Shown piece by piece: positions 1-8,129 of a stretch of DNA of 64,000 bases (within the stretch, counting starts at the first letter, position 1; each line of letters opens with the position of its first letter). The notes under the pieces are model-generated. The model did no database searches. It saw nothing but the letters and a program-made list of their open reading frames with translations, and was not told where the DNA came from. Both the position numbers and the translations under genes were made by a program. This DNA is from Candidatus Micrarchaeota archaeon (GTDB lineage: Archaea; Micrarchaeota; Micrarchaeia; Micrarchaeales; Micrarchaeaceae): the NCBI GenBank assembly GCA_021827525.1, contig JAKAVJ010000013.1, forward strand, positions 9,191 through 73,190, in the 5' to 3' direction.

Positions 1-8
1 CTGATTGT

Positions 9-112
9 GGGCTCCTGGCGCAACGGTAGCGCGCCTGCATGGCATGCAGGAGGTTGCGGGTTCAAAATGGGCGGATGGACAGCCATGCGCCATGAAAATC
101 CCGCGGAGTCCA
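9..112 (+). tRNA. tRNA-Ala(GGC) interrupted by a ~32-nt intron inside the T-loop (intron ~67..98)
   Basis: Acceptor GGGCTCC/GGAGTCC includes the G3:U70 Ala identity pair. D arm GCGC-AACGGTA-GCGC; anticodon arm CCTGC-ATGGCAT-GCAGG. T stem GCGGG (56-60) and CCCGC (100-104) become contiguous only after removing 67..98, giving the loop TTCAAAT. The flanks fold as helix / 3-nt bulge / 4-bp helix / 3-nt bulge / helix. No encoded CCA. Confidence 0.8.
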
Positions 113-147
113 CATTCTTCTTATATGGCGGCAGTGTGCAGACCGTC

Positions 148-168
148 AAAAAAGAAGAAAAAGAAAAA
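148..168 (-). terminator. Oligo-T tract downstream of hsp20
   Basis: On the minus strand the sequence right after the hsp20 stop reads CTTTTTCTTTTTCTTCTTTTTTG, the oligo-T type of archaeal termination signal. Confidence 0.4.
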
Positions 169-176
169 GTGCGCTT

Positions 177-632
177 TCACTCTACCTTCACGTCGCTGCC
201 CTGCAGCTCCTTGACCTTCTTCAGCTCTATCCTCAATGTTCCATTCTCATAGGTGGCCTTTGCGCTGTTGGGCACTATCTCTCCGGGAAGCTGTATGGCC
301 CTGTAGTAGCCTGACGACGCTCTTTCTTTCATGTAGTAGTCCTTGCCGCGCTCCTCGCTCTCTGAAGACTTGTCGGCGCGTATCACAAGCTCGTCCTTCG
401 TAGCCTTTATCTTTATGTCCTTCTTGTCCATGCCCGGCATGTCCGCCTTGACTATGAACGAGCTGTCCGTATCCTTTATGTCTATGCTTGGCATTGCAAA
501 TCCCTCGTTGAAGAATTCCTGCATGGCCCTGCTAGACCTTCCCATAAGAGCAAAGGGATTGGAAAACCAATCATCGAAGAAGCCCTTGCTGAAAGGGACA
601 GGCTTGTACCTCTTCTTTTCTTCGTCTGCCAT
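177..632 (-). CDS. hsp20: Small heat shock protein, Hsp20/alpha-crystallin family
   Basis: 151-aa ORF with an alpha-crystallin domain (SFIVKADMPGMDKKDIKIKATKDELVIRA ... ENGTLRIELKK). Divergent from the grpE-dnaK-dnaJ unit. Confidence 0.93.
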   Translation of the reverse strand: MADEEKKRYKPVPFSKGFFDDWFSNPFALMGRSSRAMQEFFNEGFAMPSIDIKDTDSSFIVKADMPGMDKKDIKIKATKDELVIRADKSSESEERGKDYYMKERASSGYYRAIQLPGEIVPNSAKATYENGTLRIELKKVKELQGSDVKVE

Positions 633-642
633 ATTATCACTT

Positions 643-661
643 TGTCAAATTTTATTTGACA
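643..661. promoter_or_regulatory. Perfect 8-3-8 palindrome TGTCAAAT-TTT-ATTTGACA in the hsp20 / regulator-grpE-dnaK-dnaJ divergent intergenic region (candidate operator)
   Basis: Read directly: the arms are exact reverse complements. It lies about 11 nt upstream of the hsp20 start codon, between A/T-rich TATA-like stretches for both divergent units. Confidence 0.5.
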
Positions 662-725
662 TATACAATTTTTTATTATATAAAAGGAAAAATATTTAAA
701 CATATCGCTGCATAAATATAATCGT

Positions 726-1178
726 ATGAAAAAAATTGTCATAAAATCTGTGGACAAGCCGGTTGAAGCCAAAAGCCCCGACGCGATCATATCGTGGTTC
801 TGCGAGGTATTCGGGCTTTCGGGATCTGGCGAGCCGGACAGCATAGAGTCTAACATACTCAAGAGGTTCTTGGTAGCCGCTGCAAGGAACGAGGGCATAT
901 CGAGCTCTGAGATAAAGCTAGGCAAAGATGTGCCGAGGAGCACAGTCATATACCACCTCAACAGGCTCATTGAGAGCGGCCTGGTAGTGAAGAAAGGCAG
1001 GAAGTACTATATGAGGGCGCAGGGCCTATCGACGTCGCTCGAAGAGGTCGAGTATGATATAGATCGGGAGTTCCAGCGTATGATAGACATGGCTAGGGAG
1101 TTCGACAGGCTGTTCGAAATGCGCTACAGGGGCTACGGCAAGATACTCAAGGGAGGCAAGGAGATAAAGGTAGAATAG
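726..1178 (+). CDS. Winged-helix DNA-binding protein, putative regulator of the Hsp70 operon
   Basis: 150-aa ORF with a wHTH-like segment PRSTVIYHLNRLIESGLVVKKGRKYY. First gene of the unit, ending 8 nt before grpE. Confidence 0.6.
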   Translation: MKKIVIKSVDKPVEAKSPDAIISWFCEVFGLSGSGEPDSIESNILKRFLVAAARNEGISSSEIKLGKDVPRSTVIYHLNRLIESGLVVKKGRKYYMRAQGLSTSLEEVEYDIDREFQRMIDMAREFDRLFEMRYRGYGKILKGGKEIKVE

Positions 1179-1185
1179 TGATTGC

Positions 1186-1785
1186 ATGACCCAAGGCAAG
1201 GAAGAAAATGGCGGCATTGAAACCGGTAAGGAAGAGAAGAAGGCAGAGGGCAGTGAAAAGGCTGCGAATAACGAGGGCAAAGCGAGAGCCGAAGATAATG
1301 GCGAATTGAAGGAGAGGCTTCTCAGGCTGGCTGCCGAGTTTGATAACTACAAGAAGAGGACAGCCAATGAAGTTAGTACAGCAAAACGCATGGGCGTTGC
1401 AGAACTGATGAAGCCGCTGCTGAACGTGCTTGACGAATTCGAGCTCACGATCATGGCACTTGGCAAGGTCAAGGATGATAATATCTCCAAAGGCATAGAG
1501 ATGCTTTACTCCAATTTCATTGAGGTGCTCAGGTCTTTCGGGCTGAAGGAGGTTGATGCGGATAGCGCATTTGACCCATACAAGCATGAGATAGTGCTCA
1601 CGCGCGAGGACGACTCGACGCCGGGCACAATACTAGAAGTAGTTAAGAAGGGGTATATGCTCGACGACAAGCTTCTGCGGCCTGCTTCGGTTATAGTGGC
1701 CAAGGAGAGGGAAGGCAATGCCGAGACCAAAAGCGGCACCGAAGGAAGCGGTGCAAACAAGGAGGAAATGAAAAAAGAAAAATGA
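1186..1785 (+). CDS. grpE: Nucleotide exchange factor GrpE
   Basis: LRLAAEFDNYKKRT signature and a C-terminal beta-domain (FDPYKHEIV ... GYMLDDKLLRPASV). Sits immediately upstream of dnaK. Confidence 0.93.
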   Translation: MTQGKEENGGIETGKEEKKAEGSEKAANNEGKARAEDNGELKERLLRLAAEFDNYKKRTANEVSTAKRMGVAELMKPLLNVLDEFELTIMALGKVKDDNISKGIEMLYSNFIEVLRSFGLKEVDADSAFDPYKHEIVLTREDDSTPGTILEVVKKGYMLDDKLLRPASVIVAKEREGNAETKSGTEGSGANKEEMKKEK

Positions 1786-1845
1786 TTAATAAGATTGCCA
1801 ATCTAAAACGTATTTACGCAGTTTTTGTTTGAGAGGTGTATAGAA

Positions 1846-3699
1846 ATGAAAGTTATTGGAATAGATTTAGGAACGAGCAACAGCGCAGCTGCTGTGCTCG
1901 AGGGAGGAAGGCCAACGATCATACCCAGCGGGGAGGGTGCAACGATGTACGGGAAGGCATTCCCCAGCTATGTGGCGTTCACGAAAGACGGGCAGAGGCT
2001 CGTGGGCGAGCCAGCGAGGAGGCAGGCAGTAGCGAATGCCGAGGGCACAGTTACCGCGTTCAAGAGGAAGATGGGCACCGATTATCTGTATAGGATATAC
2101 GGGAAGGAGTACAAGCCGCAGGAGCTTTCCGCCATGCTGCTGCAGAAGATAAAGAACGACGCAGAAGCGTTCCTCGGCGAGAAAGTTAGCAAGGCCGTTA
2201 TAACAGTGCCTGCATACTTCAACGACAACCAGAGGCAGGCCACGAAGGATGCAGGAGAGATAGCAGGCCTTGAGGTAGTAAGGCTGGTCAACGAGCCTAC
2301 AGCCGCTTGCCTTGCGTATGGACTGGACAAGGCTGACAAAGAGATGAAGATACTTGTATATGACCTCGGAGGGGGCACACTCGACGTAACCATAATGGAG
2401 TTCGGAGGAGGCGTATTCGAGGTCAAATCGACTAGCGGCGATACTCAGCTCGGCGGCACAGATATGGACAACGCAATAGTAGAGTTTCTGCTGGGCGAAA
2501 TAAAGAGGCAGAATTCCGTCGACATATCCAAGGATATACAGGCCATGCAGAGGCTCAGGGAGGCCGCGGAGAAGGCTAAGATAGAGCTCTCTACGGTCCT
2601 GACGAGCGAGATAAACCTCCCGTTCCTGACACAGGACGCCAACAAGAGCCCTGTGCATTTCACGTATTCGCTGAGCAGGGCGAAGCTTGAGAGCATAGTG
2701 CTTCCGCTAGTTGAACGCTCTACAAAGCCTGTCATGCAGGCGCTGAAGGATGCAAAGCTCGAACCCAGCAACATAGACAAGATAATACTGGTTGGCGGTC
2801 CGACTAGGATGCCTATAGTTCAGAGGTATATAGAACAGCTCCTGGGCAAGAAGGCAGAGAGGGGCGTAGACCCCATGGAAGCCGTGGCGCTTGGAGCCGC
2901 AATACAGGCGGGCGTCCTGACAGGCGAGGTCAAGGACATAGTCCTGCTGGACGTCACTCCACTGACGCTGAGCATTGAGACCCTTGGAGGCGTAGCGACG
3001 CACCTGATAGACAGGAATACGACCATACCGGTAAAGAAATCGCAGATATTCACTACAGCTGAGAATAACCAGACACAGGTCGACATACACGTGGTGCAGG
3101 GAGAGAGGGCGCTGGCCAAGGACAACATAGACCTTGGAAGGTTCCAGCTCACAGGCATACCTCCATCACCGAGGGGCGTGCCGCAGATAGAGGTCACGTT
3201 CGACATAGATTCCAACGGCATACTGCACGTAACTGCGAAAGATATGGCGACAAACAAATCGCAGAGCATGGATATAATCGCGCCCCACAAGATGAGCAAG
3301 GAGGATATAGACAAGAAGATGGACGAATGGAAGAAATATGAGGATGAGGACAAGAAGATAAAGGAGAACATAGAGACGAAGAACGGCGCAGAATCGCTTA
3401 TATACACAACTGAGAGCACCCTCAGGGAATACAAGGACAAGATACCGAAGGATGTCTATGACAGGATAAATGGCATAAAGGAGGACCTTGAAAAAGTGGT
3501 GAAGGCCGAGGACTATGAGGGCATGAAGAGCAAGAGCGAGGATCTGGGCAAGGCGCTGCAGGAGATAGGGTCCAGCATGTACAAAGGGGCGCAGGGACAA
3601 GGAGGGAGCCAGGGCCCAGGGCCAGATGCAGGGCAGGGCGGAAATGATGAGGGCAGCGGCGCTGCCGATGCGGACTTCAAAGTAGAGGGAAATAAATAG
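1846..3699 (+). CDS. dnaK: Hsp70 chaperone DnaK
   Basis: [19 protein letters not shown] and VGGPTRMP signatures. The ATG at 1846 follows a GAGAGGTG purine-rich site, so the ORF-track start at 1825 is probably 7 codons too long. Confidence 0.97.
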   Translation: MKVIGIDLGTSNSAAAVLEGGRPTIIPSGEGATMYGKAFPSYVAFTKDGQRLVGEPARRQAVANAEGTVTAFKRKMGTDYLYRIYGKEYKPQELSAMLLQKIKNDAEAFLGEKVSKAVITVPAYFNDNQRQATKDAGEIAGLEVVRLVNEPTAACLAYGLDKADKEMKILVYDLGGGTLDVTIMEFGGGVFEVKSTSGDTQLGGTDMDNAIVEFLLGEIKRQNSVDISKDIQAMQRLREAAEKAKIELSTVLTSEINLPFLTQDANKSPVHFTYSLSRAKLESIVLPLVERSTKPVMQALKDAKLEPSNIDKIILVGGPTRMPIVQRYIEQLLGKKAERGVDPMEAVALGAAIQAGVLTGEVKDIVLLDVTPLTLSIETLGGVATHLIDRNTTIPVKKSQIFTTAENNQTQVDIHVVQGERALAKDNIDLGRFQLTGIPPSPRGVPQIEVTFDIDSNGILHVTAKDMATNKSQSMDIIAPHKMSKEDIDKKMDEWKKYEDEDKKIKENIETKNGAESLIYTTESTLREYKDKIPKDVYDRINGIKEDLEKVVKAEDYEGMKSKSEDLGKALQEIGSSMYKGAQGQGGSQGPGPDAGQGGNDEGSGAADADFKVEGNK

Positions 3700-3721
3700 A
3701 AGCTAGACAGAAATGATATGA

Positions 3722-4831
3722 ATGGCTGAGGATTTCTACAAGGTCCTTGGGCTGGACAAGGGCGCCAGCCTGGACGACATAAAGCAGGCATACAGGAGGC
3801 TGGCGCTAAAGTACCATCCGGACGTCAACAAGAGCAAGGAAGCGGAGGAAAAGTTCAAGGAGATAAACGAAGCGTACGCAGTGCTCAGCGATCCGGAGAA
3901 GAGGAAGCAGTACGATGCATATGGACCCGACGCATTCAACCAGAGGTTCACGCAGGAGGACATCTTCAGGGGCTTCGATTTCGAGAAGGTGTTCAGGGAT
4001 TTCGGCTTCAACTTCGGCAGCGACGATTTCGGCAGCAGCATATTCGAGGATATGTTCGGGTTCTCGCACAGCGCAAGGAATGCGGACATGGGCAATGATA
4101 TACTTGCAAGGGTAAACATCACGCTCAAGGAGGCATACACAGGCACTGAGAAGAAGCTCAGGGTCAAGCATGTTGCCATATGCGAGACATGCGGAGGGTC
4201 GGGCGCCGAGCCAGGAAGCAGGGTAGTGAAATGCGACAAATGCAACGGCACGGGACAGGTGAAGATTACCAGGAGGACACCGTTCGGCATCATGCAGACC
4301 ATATCCGCGTGCCCGAAGTGCGGCGGCTCTGGTAAGGTGTTCGAAAAGGTATGCCATTCCTGCGGAGGCTCGGGGAAGAGGGTAGTAGAACAGACAATAG
4401 ACGTATCGATACCGAAGGGAGTAGAAGACGGGATGAGGCTCAGGGTCAGGGGAATGGGCGATTACGGCAAGGACAGGAGCGGGGATCTATACGTAGAGGT
4501 GCATGTGCAGAAGAGCCCTGATTTCGAGCGCAGCGATGAAAACATATACACCAGCGTGCATGTTCCTTTCTACACAGCGATGACGGGCGGTAGGATAAGC
4601 GTGCCGACTCTTGAGGGGAACAAGGAGATCGATATTGAAGAAGGCACGCAGCCAGATGCGAGAGTGGTGCTTAAGGGCTACGGCATGCCGCTCTTCAGGT
4701 CCAGCGGAAAGGGCGACGAGATAGTCACAATAAAGATAGACATGCCCAAGAGCCTGACGAAGGAGCAGAGGGAGCTGGCCGCAAGGTTCGAGGAGCTCGA
4801 CAAGAAAAAGAAAAGGTTCGGCCTTTTCTAA
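3722..4831 (+). CDS. dnaJ: Co-chaperone DnaJ (type I)
   Basis: J domain with HPD (KYHPDVN), a G/F-rich linker, and four CxxCxGxG zinc-finger repeats ([32 protein letters not shown]). Confidence 0.97.
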   Translation: MAEDFYKVLGLDKGASLDDIKQAYRRLALKYHPDVNKSKEAEEKFKEINEAYAVLSDPEKRKQYDAYGPDAFNQRFTQEDIFRGFDFEKVFRDFGFNFGSDDFGSSIFEDMFGFSHSARNADMGNDILARVNITLKEAYTGTEKKLRVKHVAICETCGGSGAEPGSRVVKCDKCNGTGQVKITRRTPFGIMQTISACPKCGGSGKVFEKVCHSCGGSGKRVVEQTIDVSIPKGVEDGMRLRVRGMGDYGKDRSGDLYVEVHVQKSPDFERSDENIYTSVHVPFYTAMTGGRISVPTLEGNKEIDIEEGTQPDARVVLKGYGMPLFRSSGKGDEIVTIKIDMPKSLTKEQRELAARFEELDKKKKRFGLF

Positions 4832-4945
4832 ATCCATGAGAGGCGGAGCTCCTGTGTATATTCCACAACAAGGAGCTATAGGCAAACTATTAATATCTGA
4901 CCTACTTATACCATATCGTACTTTTGCTTTCTTTTGGGGGTCAAC

Positions 4946-7009
4946 ATGGCTGATGCTATAACTGAGGGGATAAAGCTCAAGTTCGATGAGTTCTTCGAGC
5001 GGCATTACAAGGAAGCGATAGAGTCCCTGATGATCTCCTATCCGGAGAAGGTAAGCATCAAGGTTGACTTCAAGGACCTGGAGAAGTTCGACCCGGAGCT
5101 CGCCAACGAGCTGATAGATAATCCCGACATAGTAATGGCCGGGGCTAACGAGTCGCTCAGGGGCATGATGGCTGGTGTTGTCACAGATGAGCACGAGACG
5201 CACGTGAGGGTATTCGGCCAGACAGTCAATGTTCCTCTGGTGCAGGACGTCGGCTCAAAGTACATAAGCAAGATGATAATGCTTGACAGCCTCATAGTCA
5301 AGCGCTCTGAGATAAATCCCAAGGTAAAGATAGGCGCGTTCAAGTGCTCCTACTGCGGTGCATCGTTCAAGGTAGATGTAGAGAAAGACGAAGTGCCCGA
5401 GGTATGCCCGCAGTGCAAGAGGAAGGCGCTGAAGCAGATAGCTGAGGAATCGAGATTCATAAACCTGCAGAAGATAGCGGTGCAGGATCCGCTAGAAAAG
5501 CTAAGGGGAAACACGCCAACATGGCAGCTCGAGGTATGGATAGAGGATGACTTAGTCAATACTGTTATACCTGGAGACAGGATAGAGCTCACAGGTATAC
5601 TCAGGATAAGGCCAAGGCGCAATGCGAGGGGCAAGACCGAGAAGAATGTATATACGATGTTCCTCGACACGATATCGATAGTGCCGAAGCAGAAGGAGTT
5701 CGCCGAGCTGAACATAACAGAGGAGGATGAGAGGAAGATAAAGGAGCTCTCGAAGGATCCATCAATATTTGACAAGATAAGCACGTCTATTGCGCCCTCC
5801 ATATACGGCTACAAGGAGATTAAGCAGGCAGTGGCGTTGCAGCTCTTCGGCGGCACGCCAGGGAAGACGCTCGTCGATGGAGGGATAATAAGGAGCGATA
5901 TGCACATACTGCTCATAGGGGATCCCGGAAGCGCAAAGACAAGGATATTGCAGTCTGTGACAAGATTAGTGCCGAAAGGCATATACGTCAGCGGCAAATC
6001 CGTTACAGGAGGAGGGATGACAGCAGTTGCCGAGAGGGACGATTTTTCGGAAGGTGGCTGGACTCTAAAAGCGGGGGCACTGGTTTTGGGGAGTGGAGGA
6101 ATTGTATGCATAGACGAATTTGATAAGATAGGCGACGAAGACAGGGCCGCGCTCCACGAAGCGCTTGAATCGCAGACAGTAAGCGTTGCGAAGGCCGGGA
6201 TAATAGCGACCTTCAGCGCCAAGGCGGCGGTGCTAGCAGCTGCAAACCCAAAATATGGAAGGTTTGACCAGAACATGTATCCCGCTGAGCAATTCGATAT
6301 TCCACCAACACTTCTTTCCAGGTTTGACCTTATATTCCCTATAAAGGACATACTCGACGAGGCGCTCGACAGGGACATAGCCAAGCACATACTTACCCAG
6401 CACGAAGCCGCAGGCGCCAAGATAGCTGACATAGAGGACTATGCGCAGGTAGAAGAACCGCCAATAGATGCCGAACTGCTTCGCGAATACATAGCCTATT
6501 CAAAGCGGAATGTGTTCCCGCGGCTAAGTTCTGAGGCCATAGACAGGATAGAGAGCTATTATGTTGAGCTTAGGAAAAGCGGAGCTAAGCAGGGCGCAGT
6601 GCCGATAACGCCGCGACAGATAGAAGGCCTTGTGAGGATGGCAGAGGCGAGCGCAAAGACAAGGCTTTCGGAGATAGTAGAGGTAGGTGATGCGGACAGG
6701 GCCATAACGCTTTCTGAATACATGCTCAAGACATTGGCAGTGGATAGCGGAGGCAGGCGCGACATAGACACTATACTGACAGGCATGCCGAGGGAGAAGG
6801 TTGATAAACTCAACGCCATGCTTGCCATAATAAAGAAGCTCGAGGAGTCTGAGGGCAGCGCAAAGATACAGAGGATAGTAGAAGAAGCCGAGAAGGGAGG
6901 GATAGACGCAAACGTTGCCAATAAATATGTCAACGAGCTCGAGAGGAGCGGAGACATATTCTCCCCTAGGCCGGGAGTTATAAAGACGGTAAAGCACGAG
7001 TCTGAATGA
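4946..7009 (+). CDS. mcm: Replicative helicase MCM
   Basis: Zn ribbon CSYC..CPQC, Walker A GDPGSAKT, Walker B CIDEFDK, arginine-finger SRFDL, C-terminal wHTH. The ATG at 4946 is preferred over the TTG at 4934. No intein-sized insertion. Confidence 0.95.
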   Translation: MADAITEGIKLKFDEFFERHYKEAIESLMISYPEKVSIKVDFKDLEKFDPELANELIDNPDIVMAGANESLRGMMAGVVTDEHETHVRVFGQTVNVPLVQDVGSKYISKMIMLDSLIVKRSEINPKVKIGAFKCSYCGASFKVDVEKDEVPEVCPQCKRKALKQIAEESRFINLQKIAVQDPLEKLRGNTPTWQLEVWIEDDLVNTVIPGDRIELTGILRIRPRRNARGKTEKNVYTMFLDTISIVPKQKEFAELNITEEDERKIKELSKDPSIFDKISTSIAPSIYGYKEIKQAVALQLFGGTPGKTLVDGGIIRSDMHILLIGDPGSAKTRILQSVTRLVPKGIYVSGKSVTGGGMTAVAERDDFSEGGWTLKAGALVLGSGGIVCIDEFDKIGDEDRAALHEALESQTVSVAKAGIIATFSAKAAVLAAANPKYGRFDQNMYPAEQFDIPPTLLSRFDLIFPIKDILDEALDRDIAKHILTQHEAAGAKIADIEDYAQVEEPPIDAELLREYIAYSKRNVFPRLSSEAIDRIESYYVELRKSGAKQGAVPITPRQIEGLVRMAEASAKTRLSEIVEVGDADRAITLSEYMLKTLAVDSGGRRDIDTILTGMPREKVDKLNAMLAIIKKLEESEGSAKIQRIVEEAEKGGIDANVANKYVNELERSGDIFSPRPGVIKTVKHESE

Positions 7010-7020
7010 TAAATAGGATA

Positions 7021-7257
7021 GTGGTGCGCCGTAGCCTCCCTTCTGTTTTAGATGGCATTTGACTAAGCGGCTTCAAGCCTTGCACACTCACTGTGCCCAA
7101 GCTGGCACGTTTCATCCGTTCAGCGCGCTCGTAATGTCACAGCTATGCGCCTTGCCGGTATCGTTTCTGCTCCAGCCATGGGCGATTAGGCCCTGATGCA
7201 CTCTGTGTGGGGAGAGCTTCCTCCGTACGAAACGGTGAGCCATCCGCGCACCACCGC
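7021..7257 (-). ncRNA. Probable signal recognition particle (7S) RNA, compact
   Basis: Non-coding, GC-rich, about 235 nt. The termini pair (GTGGTGCGC at 7021-7029 with GCGCACCAC at 7246-7254). The minus-strand 5' end GCGCGGATGGCTCAC resembles the SRP Alu-domain 5' consensus. A minus-strand CAGGGCC...GGCTGGAGCAG resembles the helix-8 CAGG/GGAGCAG motif. A TTAAATAA box lies about 26 nt upstream on the minus strand. Confidence 0.5.
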
Positions 7258-7299
7258 TAATCTTATAAATAAGCAGTTATTTAAGCATTCTGAAGCCGA

Positions 7300-7767
7300 T
7301 CAGGTTGTGTTAAGCACCTTGGTGGCGTTGCTCACTGCACCGACAGCCTTGCCGGTGCTGTTTATTACGTGTGTCACTGTGTGCGACACGCCCACTATGT
7401 CCTTGAAGAAACCAACAATGCTGCTTATCAGGCCGGAGACTCCGGAAAGCGTAAGGGTGCCGGTGGTAAAGAAGCTGTATGCCACGGATGCAAGTATGAA
7501 CAGCAGTATGAGCACCAATATGGTCTTGATCACGTCCTTGAGGAACTTGAAACCTATGAATATGACCACGACTATCAGTATTATGCCTATTATTACTGAG
7601 AGGTATTTCGGTGGCGTGTAGCTCTGGCTTACTACCGAAGATATGTTCAGGGACGAGCTCGAAGCTGCGAACGATATGCTTCCCATTAGAAGCAAAGATA
7701 TAGCAAGCAGGATGTACATAGATTTGTGTTGCGCCATGCCATAACCCATATTGTTATCGTGTCTCAC
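7300..7767 (-). CDS. Hypothetical membrane protein (signal peptide plus about 3 TM helices)
   Basis: Hydrophobic segments YILLAISLLLMGSISFAA, LSVIIGIILIVVVIFIGF and ILVLILLFILASVAYSFF. The true start may be the internal Met at about 7737. The overlapping plus-strand ORF 7196..7621 runs into the ncRNA and is rejected. Confidence 0.5.
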   Translation of the reverse strand: MRHDNNMGYGMAQHKSMYILLAISLLLMGSISFAASSSSLNISSVVSQSYTPPKYLSVIIGIILIVVVIFIGFKFLKDVIKTILVLILLFILASVAYSFFTTGTLTLSGVSGLISSIVGFFKDIVGVSHTVTHVINSTGKAVGAVSNATKVLNTT

Positions 7768-7804
7768 TTTTAAAAACCTTTAGGCATGTCTTGCCCTAGA
7801 TGCG

Positions 7805-8002
7805 TTATGGTATCGCCAATTTTATGTCTGATGCGTCCACTGTTTTTCTCTTTGCATGCTGCGCCAATTTTACGGCTTTCTGAGCCACTTCGAATGCTGT
7901 CTTCTCAAGGTACTTCTTGAACTCTTGCTTTGCCTCCTTGCTCACCCTTGATGCTCCGGCATCCTTAAGCATCTTTTCCACAGAACTTTCTGAAATATAC
8001 AT
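7805..8002 (-). CDS. Archaeal histone (HMf family)
   Basis: 65 aa with the histone-fold pattern ...AGASRVSKEA ... LAQHAKRKTVDASDIKLA. Confidence 0.9.
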   Translation of the reverse strand: MYISESSVEKMLKDAGASRVSKEAKQEFKKYLEKTAFEVAQKAVKLAQHAKRKTVDASDIKLAIP

Positions 8003-8129
8003 AACACCACTTTATCCAAGAGCATGAAGCAATAGGCCCCATGCAGCCCAGATAATGTTTTATTCTAAGCACATTATTAAAACCTTATCTGACATAGTTG
8101 ATTATGCCTGAACATAGAGTGGGATTATT

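Noticed and set aside
482-970. 162-aa minus-strand ORF spanning the hsp20/regulator intergenic region; similar long antisense ORFs include 1867..2658, 4487..5203, 15314..15997, 30701..31261, 51894..52424 and 60448..61212
   Set aside because: Each lies antisense to, or out of frame within, a gene with clear family motifs (Hsp20, DnaK, DnaJ/MCM, ArgRS, Top6B, carbamoyltransferase, CBS protein). Their translations are low-complexity Ser/Leu/Cys-rich shadow products without motifs.
7196-7621. 141-aa plus-strand ORF
   Set aside because: Its 5' part runs through the structured ncRNA (7021..7257), and the remainder is antisense to a convincing membrane-protein ORF. It has no recognisable motif.
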